Source: Octopus sinensis
Taxonomy: Eukaryota
Direction of reading: 5' to 3'
Assembly: GCF_006345805.1 (NCBI RefSeq)
Contig: NW_021832388.1
Location: 1 to 60,812 of the forward strand
DNA: 60,812 bases
Shown: positions 50,852 through 60,812 of the stretch, piece after piece
Layout of the letters: each line of letters begins with the position of its first letter
How positions within the stretch are numbered: the first letter of the stretch is position 1
Program-made: the position numbers and the translations under genes
Notes under the pieces: model-generated
Seen by the model: the letters and a program-made list of their open reading frames with translations, nothing else
Database searches by the model: none
Told to the model about the DNA's origin: nothing

Positions 50852-52577
50852 CAGTAGTTTTATTTTTATAGCGTGCTTTCACTCCACTACCGAGCGCAGC
50901 TCTGTGTGCCTTGGGTATGTGCTGTGATTTGTTGTGATGCTCTGATGGTTATTGTATGGAAAGTGTTCTGCGTAGGATGTGTGCAGTGCCTAGTAGTGCA
51001 ATTTTCTGTATGTTATATGTGTTTGTAAGTCCTGGTGTTTTTGTTATGTATTTGTCTGAATATTTTTTTATCATGCCTAATGCACCTACTATGATAGGAA
51101 TTGTTTCTGTTTTCAGATTCCACATTCTAGTTACCTCTATTTCCAGGTCTTTGTATTTTGAGAGTTTCTCCATTTCTTTTAGAGACATGTTGTCATCAGC
51201 CGGTATTGATACATCAATTAGAAAGCATTTTTTTTCTTCATGGTCTCTGACAACTATATCTGGTCTGTTGGCCTTAATTTCTCTATCTGTGTGTATCGGC
51301 ATATCCCAGAGTATGGTTGCTTTCTCGTTTTCTGTGACCTTTTCTGGTGTGTGCCTATACCATCTTTTTTCTGTTGTTATTCCATAATGTTGGCATAGCT
51401 TCCAATGTATGTAGGTTCCAACTTTGTCATGTCTGTGAATATATTCCTTCTTAGCCAGGACTGGGCAGCTAGAGATAATATGATTTATTGTTTCTTGTCC
51501 ATCTCCACATATTCTGCAGTTACTTGTAATATTTCTTTTCATTACATGTTTTTGGTACTTTCTGGTGGGGAGGCTTTGGTCTTGTGCTGCAATTAAAAAT
51601 CCCTCTGTTTCTGCTTTGAGTCCTGAGCTTCTCAACCATTGCTGGGATTTTTCTTTGTCTATTTCTTTTGCGTTTAGTTTAGTCCAGTATTTACCATGAA
51701 GGGGCTTTTCTTGCCATCGTTTTATCATGGTTCGTTGCTGTTCTATTTTTAGTTTGGATTTCATTTGTTTTATAGCTTTTGTTGTTTCTTCATCTTCTTC
51801 TTCTTCATGCTTATTAGCTGGTATGATTTCTTGTTTGTATTTGTCAGCTTCCTTAAATACTGAGAACAGTTTTTTGTTTTGCTCGTGTTTTGCCGCTATC
51901 TGGATCAGTTTTTCTTCCTTCTGAAGTAGATATTTTTGCAGTCCTATGGTGGTTATTTTATAGTAGTTTTCCAGCTGTATAAGGCCTCTACCACCTTCTA
52001 TACGTTGTATATATAGTCTTTCTATGTCAGATTTTGGGTGATGCATCCTAGATCCTGTCATTATTTTTCTTGTTTTCCTATCTATTTTGGTCAGTTCATT
52101 TCGTGTCCAGTTAAGGATATTGTAGCTGTAACTTATAACTGGGACAGCTAAAGTGTTGATACCTATTATCTTGTTTTTAGCATTGAGCTCTGTGTTTAGT
52201 ATTGATCTAACTCGTCTATAATATTCTTTTTTTATTTTCTCTTTCATTTGTGTGTGTTGTGTCTTATCTAGTCATGGATTCCTAAGTATTTGTAAGTTTG
52301 GCTTTGGTCTAATTCTTTTATTTCATTGGTTTTATCTAGTGTGATGTTGTTACTCTTAACTAGTTTTCCTCTTTTCATGGTTACTTTGGTGCATTTTTCT
52401 AATCCAAATTTCATATCTATTTCTTTGGTAAATCCATGAACTGTCTTTAATAGTGTTTCCAGCTGTTTGTCATTTGCAGCGTATAGTTTTAGGTCATCCA
52501 TATATAAAAGGTGGCTGATCGTTTTGCCGTAACATTTATATCCGCATCCAGTTCTATTTAGCATCCAGTTCTATTTA
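50852..52577 (-). mobile_element. R4/Dong-like RLE non-LTR retrotransposon, 5' truncated, in (TAA)n
   Basis: YMDD RT motif (ORF 52268-52564); one frameshift; then a 432-aa ORF with C-x2-C-x8-H-x4-C, RHD, RPDIV..LIDV and KLSKY RLE motifs; (TTA)n on both sides. Confidence 0.9.
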
Positions 52578-52589
52578 TTATTATTATTA

Positions 52590-52644
<55 letters not shown>

Positions 52645-52794
52645 TTCACTGCCTGGAATCGAACTCAGATGTTTATCTGTTGGCCTGTCTGGCTACCCTA
52701 CCCACCCTAAGTTGTGTTAACAACAAACAAGTCGAAGACAAATATCTGTCAAATGTAAATAATGTAAATAATGTAAACATGAACATAACTGCTG

Positions 52795-53192
52795 CATATT
52801 AAACTTTAGCAAAGTCTTTTGCATTTCCACATACAGATATTGTATCTGCAAAGTCCATGTTAACTGCTATTTTTCTTTGCTTGAAAACGCTAGCTTTTCC
52901 AGATTGTCGCTAAGATATAATATTTACTCAGGTAAACAAATGTGATTATTTTGTATAACTTGTGAATTTATAATCTGAGTAGAGGAGATGCAATTTTTGA
53001 AGCAGGTGTCCATTTATAATTGTTCTTCTTTTCGATGATTTCGAAAGTGATGTTCTGTACGTATCTGTAGTGCAGCACAAAAGGAATGATAGTGGATTGA
53101 GGGCAAAATTTAAACACAACCATAGACAGACCCTTACCTTGGAATTTTCCCCATTTAAATATTTAGCTATATCTGTCACAGTTGTTCTAATC
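52795..53192 (-). pseudogene. Internally deleted relic of the second RLE LINE family
   Basis: FALNPLSFLL (RT region) joined to NGHLLQKLHLLYSDYKF, then a degenerate LQIQ...LLKFNM end. Confidence 0.55.
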
Positions 53193-53304
53193 ATGTTGCA
53201 GAAAGTGTGAGGGTTGTGTGGAGTAGGTAATTTTTGAGCAGTAAATTAGAAATAAAAAAAAAATGGAAGCAGGAAGAAGAAAAATGAATAAGAAAGAGGT
53301 GAGA

Positions 53305-53312
53305 AGAATTTC

Positions 53313-53346
<34 letters not shown>

Positions 53347-53519
53347 TTCCTTTCTCTCTTTCTTTCTTCCTTCCTTCCTTCCTTCTTTCTTTCCTTCTTT
53401 CTTTCTTTCTTCCTTCCTTTCTCTCTTTCTTTCTTTCTTCCTTCCTTCCTTCCTTCCTTCCTTCCTTCCTTCTTTTCTTTCTTTCTTTCTTCCTTCCTTC
53501 CTTCCTTTTTTCTTCCTTC

Positions 53520-53556
<37 letters not shown>

Positions 53557-53974
53557 TTCCTTTTTTCTTCCTCCCTCCCTTCCTTTCTTTCTCACTCTCT
53601 CTCTTTCTTTCTTTCTCTCTCTCTTTCTTTCTTTCTTCTTCCTTCCTTCCTCTCTCCCTCCCTCCCTCCCTCCCTCCCTTCCTTCTTTCCTTCCTTCCTT
53701 CCTTTCTTTCTTTCTTTCTTCCTTCCTTCCTTTCTTTCTTTCTTTCTTCCTTCCTTTTTTCTTCCTCCCTCCCTTCCTTTCTTTCTTTCTTTCTCTCTCT
53801 CTCTTTCTTTCTTTCTCTCTCTCTCTTTCTTTCCTTCTTTTTTCTTTCTTTCTTTCTTTCTTCCTTCCTTCCTTCCTCTCTCCCTCCCTCCCTCCCTTCC
53901 TTCCTTCCTTCCTTCCTTCCTTCCTTCCTTTCTTGCTTTCTTTCTTTCTTCCTTCCTTTTTTCTTCCTTCCTTC

Positions 53975-54019
<45 letters not shown>

Positions 54020-54230
54020 TTCCTATTTTCTTCCTCCCTCCCTTCCTTTCTTTCTCTCTCTCTCTCTCTTTTCTTTCTTTCTCTCTCTCTTTCTTTTTTC
54101 CTTCTTTTTTCTTTCTTTCTTTCTTCCTTCCTTCCTTCCTTCCTCCCTCCCTCCCTCCCTTACTTCCTTCCTTCCTTCCTTCTTTCTTCCTTTCTTTCTT
54201 TCACTTTAATTTCATTATTTCTCCTTTTCT
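53305..54230. repeat. About 0.9-kb polypyrimidine tract (TTCC/TTTC/CT)
   Basis: Direct reading. Confidence 0.9.
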
Positions 54231-54339
54231 CTTTCACCTTTATACAAATTAGCCAGTGTCCTCAGGAGGCTGACATCAAAAATCTGTGACAATCACTGAA
54301 AACAAGAACACTATTAGACTGGCCATCCATAGATAATTA

Positions 54340-55790
54340 GAAACACCTGGTGAACAACAGGTAAGCTTTCAACAGAATGCTGCTGGATAGACAACAGTTC
54401 ATAGATACCACAAAACCTCACAACAGTACCTGGTTAGACAGAAAGCTCAAAGAGTAAGACAAGCAAGGGCTAGATCCCTGCTATACACACATGATCTGTA
54501 TGTAAAGAGGTGCCTTTAATTATGATCCTGGATGTGACTATGCATCTGGAAAAAATAGTTTCCCTGGAACAATGTCCAATATTTGTGAGAAATGCTTAGC
54601 TAATAAATTGAAAAAAGAGCTAAATGCAATGTGCTGTTCCAGTGGAAAAGTTAATCTGCTCATCCTTGTTGATCTACTAGAGGCACCAAAACAGCTTCTT
54701 ATTACCTTTACTGAAGAATCCATGCAATTTTTGCAGGACATTTGAAACTATAACTTTGCTTTCCAAATAACTTCCTTTGGAATCACCAATATCAGAGGAG
54801 AAGAATTCACGACAATTTTTAATGTGCAAAGCTAAATCTGCCACGAAGTTGTTTTTTTTTCTTGAATTGGGAACTCTGGTTTCCGCAGCTGTACTTTGTC
54901 AATGATTTAGAGAGATAAATTTGGGAGGTTTGACTCAATTCTTAAACATGAAGGTATGCTCCATGCAAAGAACAGCTATGTCAGGAATTTTCAAATATGC
55001 CTTGGAGTCTGCACACACTTTGAAATTTCAAATCATCATCAATGGACCAAAGAACCCTTCTGGAGAACATGGATGTTGTTCCAATGCACCTGAATTTAGT
55101 GACATTACTGTCATGCTGTCATCATGAGAGCCACATTATGAAGGTGAGATCATTCTCAAGTACAAAGACAACACTACCAAAGCTATTGGGTTGTCCGGAA
55201 AGTTTGTGCCAATTTATAGTAGCTAACCTTTTGACTTATTTTAGAACAAGGTTGAGTTCATAAAATAGGATTTGACTACACCTCCATTTAGAGCACAGTT
55301 TAAGCTATCTTTTCGTGGAAAAAGGTTTATGTTCCTCTATCCTGTGTTAATTCTGTAACCCTTTAAAATGAAAGATAAGAAAGTTCCTTTTCAGCACTTG
55401 ATGCTTTGGGAACCAGACAAAAATTGCTGCAGCTAGGCTGGGATGTGTCATCCCACCCTCCATATTCACCAGATATTGCTCCTTCAGATTTCCACTTATT
55501 CAGGTCTCTGCAGAATAGTCTTAATGGTAAAAATTTCAATTCCTTGGATGACGTAAAAAGATACCTTGATGAATTCTTTGCCATGAAACCACCTTAATTC
55601 TGGAAAGAGGGTATTTTCAAGTTAAAGGAAAATGGAGACACATTGTGCAACAAACTGGTTTATATATGGTTGATAAAAAATGTAATGGCAAGTATTTATT
55701 GACCTTTTTCTTCCCTTTAAAAATTGACACAAACTTTCTGGACAACCCAATATAAATGATACACAAAAATCTTATGATGCATTACAACAT
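54340..55790 (+). pseudogene. Helitron Rep/Hel N-terminal relic, interrupted by mariner
   Basis: AFNYDP...ICEKC...MCCSSGKV...DI*NYNFAFQITSFG...PSGEH...NAP...EIILK...[insertion]...SYDALQ, the recognised order of Helitron N-terminal motifs; stops and frameshifts present. Confidence 0.8.
55186..55750 (+). mobile_element. 565-bp internally deleted mariner with 30-bp TIRs and TA TSD
   Basis: TIRs 55186-55215 and 55721-55750 (2 mismatches); TA at 55184-55185 and 55751-55752; HPPYSPDIAPSDFHLFRSLQ motif. Confidence 0.92.
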
Positions 55791-55995
55791 AAAAGTTTCA
55801 AATGAAATAAAACCATTTCCCTTTTACACAACTTTATTTGAATTTGATATATCTCAATAACACTATTATTCATATTAAGTAAGTATCTGTAGTGCAGGGG
55901 GCATTCACTGCACACTGGACTAGTAGAAATGTCATGGAAAAAGACTTAATTTGTATCATGAAATTCAAAAGAAATCAAATAATGGTTTATTAAAC

Positions 55996-56210
55996 TACAG
56001 GGTGTTCCAGAAGTCTTGGGCACATTTCAAGTTGTCATGTCTGCTGGACTATGATTGGTAGTAAGATGAAAGTGGTACCATTGTGAAGCTAAATTCATTA
56101 AGTTTTTTGTAATGCTAATGATTTTTTCATATTTTTTCAAATCTAGTAATGGCGTTCACTCAAACAGAAAAGGAGTTTTGTGTCCTTGAATTTGCAAAAA
56201 CGGTGCTCAC
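55996..56210 (+). mobile_element. 5' end of a Tc1/mariner-type element (DUF4817-like N-terminus)
   Basis: TA-CAGGGTG TIR start; ATG at 56149 gives MAFTQTEKEFCVLEFAKT. Confidence 0.55.
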
Positions 56211-56229
56211 ATTGAACAGATAGACATGC

Positions 56230-56303
<74 letters not shown>

Positions 56304-56511
56304 GTAGATACATAGATAGATACATACATACATACATACATACATACATAGATAAAGATTTATACATATGTATGGGAACGTGAAACTCAGAGTAACAGGT
56401 TTTGTTGAATTTTCTGCTGCTTTAAATAAAGTATATTACTCTACCACTGGTATTTGAGTACTCTTTTTTCCACCTTGTTTCACATTTATGTGTTTACTCC
56501 GGTATATATAC

Positions 56512-56765
56512 ATATCATCATCATCATCATCATTTAATGTCGGTTTTCTATGCTTGCGTGGGTTGGACGATTTGACTGAGGGCTGGCGAACCAGATGGCT
56601 GCACCAAGCTCCAATCTTGATCTGGCAGAGTTTCTACAGCTGGATGCCCTTCCTAACGCCAACCACTCCAAGAGTGTAGTGGGTGCTTTGACGTGCCACC
56701 GGTACAGGTGCCACTAAGGCGATGCTGGTAATGATCTCGCTCGAATGGTGCCTTTTACGTGCCAC
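56512..56765 (-). mobile_element. RTE-type tail element (same family as 46907)
   Basis: (CAT)n, TTTAATGTC..., CTGGATGCCCTTCC, AACCACTCC. Confidence 0.78.
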
Positions 56766-57319
56766 ACAGACAGACAGACAGACAGACAGACTGACAGGTA
56801 GGTAGGTAGACAGACAGATAGGTAGACAGACAGACAGACTGACAGATAGGCAGGTAGACAGACAGACTGAAAGATAGATACATACATACATGCACAGTAA
56901 TGATAGATACGTAGATAGATAGATAGGTAGGTAGGTAGGTAGGTAGGTAGGTAGGTAAGTAGGTAGGTAGGTAGGTAGGTAGGTAGGTAGCCAGACAGGC
57001 CAACAGATAGACATGCAGATAGATAGATAGATATGTTTCTTTATTAGCCACACAGGGCTGCACAGATAGATAGAGAGATAGATAGAGAGATAGAGAGATA
57101 GATAAAGATTTATACATATGTACATATACATACACACACACCCACACATACACATACATTCATGCTTAGATGCACACAGACAATGATACATATTCACACA
57201 CAAACAGCACATTCTATATGCACATTCATGCATTCATACATACATACATACAGGCACAGACAAAAGAATATATATGCATAGTTATCTACCACTTGACAAT
57301 AATCATATGAGTTGGGTGA

Positions 57320-57545
57320 TTCAGCAACAATTTACAGGTATTATTACAGGTGAATACTCTTCATGCACTCCAATATGAAATACTATTCAGTAAACAGCTG
57401 AAGATGGTGAGAATTTTACTCTGGCATTGATGAAGACAAATAGATTAACTGTGTGGTTTAAGTGTAACACATTGCATTACCATACTTTGTACAGTTCTTA
57501 TACATATTCATGGTGTTGTATTTCAGGAATATGTTGCTTATAAAG
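57320..57545 (+). pseudogene. Possible second, older Helitron relic
   Basis: HALQYEILF, AEDG and HGVVFQEYV in different frames resemble ALQYPL.F..GEDG and G.LFQQYVV. Confidence 0.3.
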
Positions 57546-57881
57546 AGCTTACCATTCAAAGAGAAAATTGTAAATCGTATGTGTTTTGTATTCCGTGTGT
57601 TCTGTGTTCTCTTCGTTTATCGATGATGTGTATGAATATGTGCTAGTATGTATGTCATGTCTGCATGGCGAGTTTGGGTGCATATATATGTATATATATA
57701 TGTATATACATATATATATATACACACACATACACACACATGTATATATATACATACACAAGCACATATTCATATAAAATATATACATATATATGTGTGT
57801 TGAGAATTATATATATATTTTATTATGTATATAATAAATATATACATGAAGTCTTGAGAGTTCTTGGTTGGATTAACTTTA

Positions 57882-57920
<39 letters not shown>

Positions 57921-58249
57921 TATATATGTATTGTATGTAGTATATGTATATATTACACTCATCCTTCATATACATACATATTATATATGTATATATATAT
58001 ATATATACATATATACAACATTCATACATACACACATATATGCATATACAAATATATACACACACGCATACTATATAATTATATATATACACACACACAT
58101 GTATACTGATATATATATATATATATATATATTATAAGATAGATAGATAGATAGATAGATAGAAGATAGATAGATGATAGATAGATAGATAGATAGATGG
58201 ATATAGATATAGATATAGATATAGATATACACATATATACATACATATA

Positions 58250-58500
58250 TATCATCATCCTCATCATCATTTAATCTCTGTGTTCCATGCTAGCATGGAT
58301 GGGACGATATCACAAGAGCTGGCCAGACTTCTGTCACTGTTTTGGCAAGATTTTTACAGCTGGATGCCCTACTTAACACAAACCACTCAGCAGAGTGGAC
58401 TTTTTACGTGGTGCAAGTACAGGTAAGGTCAGTTTTGACAACGTTTTTACAGCTGGATGCCCTTCTAAGCACCAACCACTTTACAGTGTGGACTTGGTGC
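58250..58500 (-). mobile_element. Degenerate RTE-type tail element
   Basis: (CAT)n, CCATGCTAGCATGG, TTTACAGCTGGATGCCCT twice. Confidence 0.6.
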
Positions 58501-59264
58501 CTATAAGTGGCACCTGCACTGACAGGGTCCCTAAGTACTTGCAAGGCAAAAACTTTTAAGGGGGGGGGGCATTGGAGGAGGTAATGATCAAAAGGTTATA
58601 GTGAGACAGATACAGGTGTCTTGCTGTAGAGGAAGTTCAAGGTTACCTGGTCAGAGAGAGAAAGATCAGGATGAAGATAGAAATAGGTGTACTACCGCTA
58701 AGAAAATACATGGTTGCCCAACCCAAGGGAAGAGCAGGAGAAGAGGAGAGAGAGAGAGAGAGAGAGGAGAGTGTGTGTGGGAGACCACAGGATGGAGATG
58801 ATGGCAAAATGCTGGGCATACTCACAAAGAATGGGGATCAGTATAAATGAGATGGTTGAGTAAAGGAAGAGAGAGATGTAGATAGTGGTAAGTGCCAGGG
58901 CATACCCTTGAGGTTCAAATGCCATAATATAAGTGACAGGATATTGTGAAGGGAGTGTGATTAAAGAGTGTGATTAAGTGGTGAAAGACCTGGGTATATA
59001 TAGAGTTGAAGGGGCTACTGGATAGCAATGATACAGAGGAACAAGGGTGTGACAGCTGGGCAAGGAGTGAGAGCTAGGCATAGTGAATGAAGGAGGAAAT
59101 GAAGAATGAGGAGATAGAGGAAGAGAAGTAGATTGGTTTGTTGGAGTAAAGTGAGGCCGGGGGGGGGGGATAGCAGATGGCAATAATAAAGTAAGATAAG
59201 GCATGTGGGTAATATACACAGTTCACCATGCTGAAATAGCAGTAAAAAATTTATATATATATAA

Positions 59265-59330
<66 letters not shown>

Positions 59331-59334
59331 TGTT

Positions 59335-59532
59335 GTGTGTCTGTGTTGTCTCTCCACCATCGCTTGACAACAGATGTTGGTATGTTTACGTCCCCGTAAC
59401 TTAGCAGTTCGGCAAAAGAGACCAATAGAACAAGTACTAGGCTTACGAAGTGTAAGTCCTGGAGTCGATTTGTTTGACTAAAGGCAGTGCTCCAGCATGG
59501 CAGCAGTCAAATGACTGAAACAAATAAAAGAA
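59335..59532 (+). mobile_element. SINE-A tail
   Basis: Family match; an inverted tail tip lies at 59578-59615. Confidence 0.85.
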
Positions 59533-59631
59533 TATATACATATATATGTATGTGTATAGATATTTGTGTTTATTTATTTTTTTACTTGTTTCAGTCATTT
59601 GACTGTGCCCATGCTATATATATATATATTA

Positions 59632-59772
59632 TCTTTATTGCTCACAAGGGGCTAAACATAGAGGGGACAAACAAGAACAGACAAAGGGATTAAGTCGTTT
59701 ACATCAACCCCAGTGCGTAACTGGTACTTTATTTACTGACCCCGAAAGGAAGAAAGGCAAAGTCGACCTCAG
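59632..59772 (-). mobile_element. SINE-B (5' truncated)
   Basis: Family match. Confidence 0.85.
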
Positions 59773-59813
59773 ATATATACATGCACGCATACATATATAT
59801 CATATGTATGTAT

Positions 59814-59992
59814 GCAGGAGTGGCTGTGTGGTACAGTAGCTTGCTTACCAACCATATGGTTCTGGGTTCAGTCCCACTGCATGGCACCTTGGGCAAGTGT
59901 CTTCTACTATAGCCTCGGGCCGACCAGAGCCTTGTGAGTGGATTTGGTAGACGGAAACCGAAAGAAGCCCATCATATATACATGTGTGTGTG

Positions 59993-60027
<35 letters not shown>

Positions 60028-60247
60028 GTATGTGTGTGTCTGCATGTCTGTGTTTGTCCCCCAGCATCGCTTGACAACCGATGCCGGTGTGTTTACGTCC
60101 CTGTAACTTAGCAGTTCGGCAAAAGAGACCAATAGAGTAAGTACTAGGCTTACAAAGAATAAGTCCTAGGGTCGATTTGCTCGACTAAAAGGCAGTGCTC
60201 CAGCATGGCCACAGTCAAATGACTGAAACAAGTAAAAGAGTAAAAGA
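59814..60247 (+). mobile_element. SINE-A, nearly full length, (TG)n linker
   Basis: Family match. Confidence 0.9.
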
Positions 60248-60812
60248 TTATGTAATATTCCCTGCTTTAATTATGATATGTTGTAAACATTAAAATGATT
60301 CACATACTGAAACATTTGGTAAACATATTACACAATATTCTAGAGGCGTTAATATTGTCTCACTCTGGTAGACATCATCTTCCAGCAACTTACCTCTTAT
60401 ATTTCATTTATTTATTTGTTATATCAGTATGCTACTGTCAACATATTACATGTAGGATATCCATTTACTCGAGATATATGCAGTCTTTTCATATCTGAGT
60501 GACTTGTATATATACCATCCAAAAATACTCATTCTAACATTATATTTCACTTTTTATAATTAAAAGATATTTATCCAACTGCTATAAAGAAAATTTAATA
60601 ATATAAATAACATTAAAAATAACAATAAAGAAAAAATATTAATTCAACTTCAATTAATCATTTACTTTAATCCATATTCTCACAATAATGTATGAAGCTT
60701 ATCCTCCGTGACTTGACAATCTAAAAGTATAAAGACTACATATGTTTTAAGTGTGTTAACAGGTTGTAAAGATATTGGTATGTTCAAAAAGATATGGGCT
60801 ACTAAACAAGCA

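Noticed and set aside
53263-54252. 329-aa ORF, and similar long ORFs at 48953-49768, 25050-25700, 28574-29125 and 15182-15802
   Set aside because: Translations of microsatellites that lack stop codons; no protein-like content.
58590-59230. Possible RTE ORF2 next to the tail element
   Set aside because: No convincing RT or C-terminal motifs; purine-rich low complexity.

Overview
AT-rich eukaryotic non-coding DNA, almost fully explained by microsatellites and nested transposable elements. I cannot support any intact host gene, tRNA/rRNA gene or CRISPR array. The repeat families look like those of a coleoid cephalopod, probably Octopus (inference from recognition, no database search run). Coding relics found by manual translation: a 5'-truncated RTE-clade LINE (43873-46546, +) with a PHD-type finger inside its RT region; a near-intact 3' half of an R4/Dong-like RLE LINE inserted in a (TAA)n tract (50852-52577, -); further RTE, CR1, RLE and Tx1/L1-like fragments; a Penelope-type GIY-YIG relic followed by a degenerate hammerhead-like motif (37211-37797); a Helitron Rep/Hel relic split by a mariner deletion derivative (54340-55790). 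At least four tRNA-headed SINE families are present (labelled A, B, C, F here), plus Helitron-like non-autonomous elements and a foldback MITE. The most interesting signals are a covarying 3' hairpin shared by SINE-A and a CR1 LINE, a trimeric SINE-B inside one TSD, the PHD-in-RT LINE with a structured 3' tandem array, the TAA-targeted LINE possibly nested in a SINE with a hammerhead-like tail, and several hammerhead-like motifs. Coordinates were counted by hand; ends of degenerate elements are approximate.
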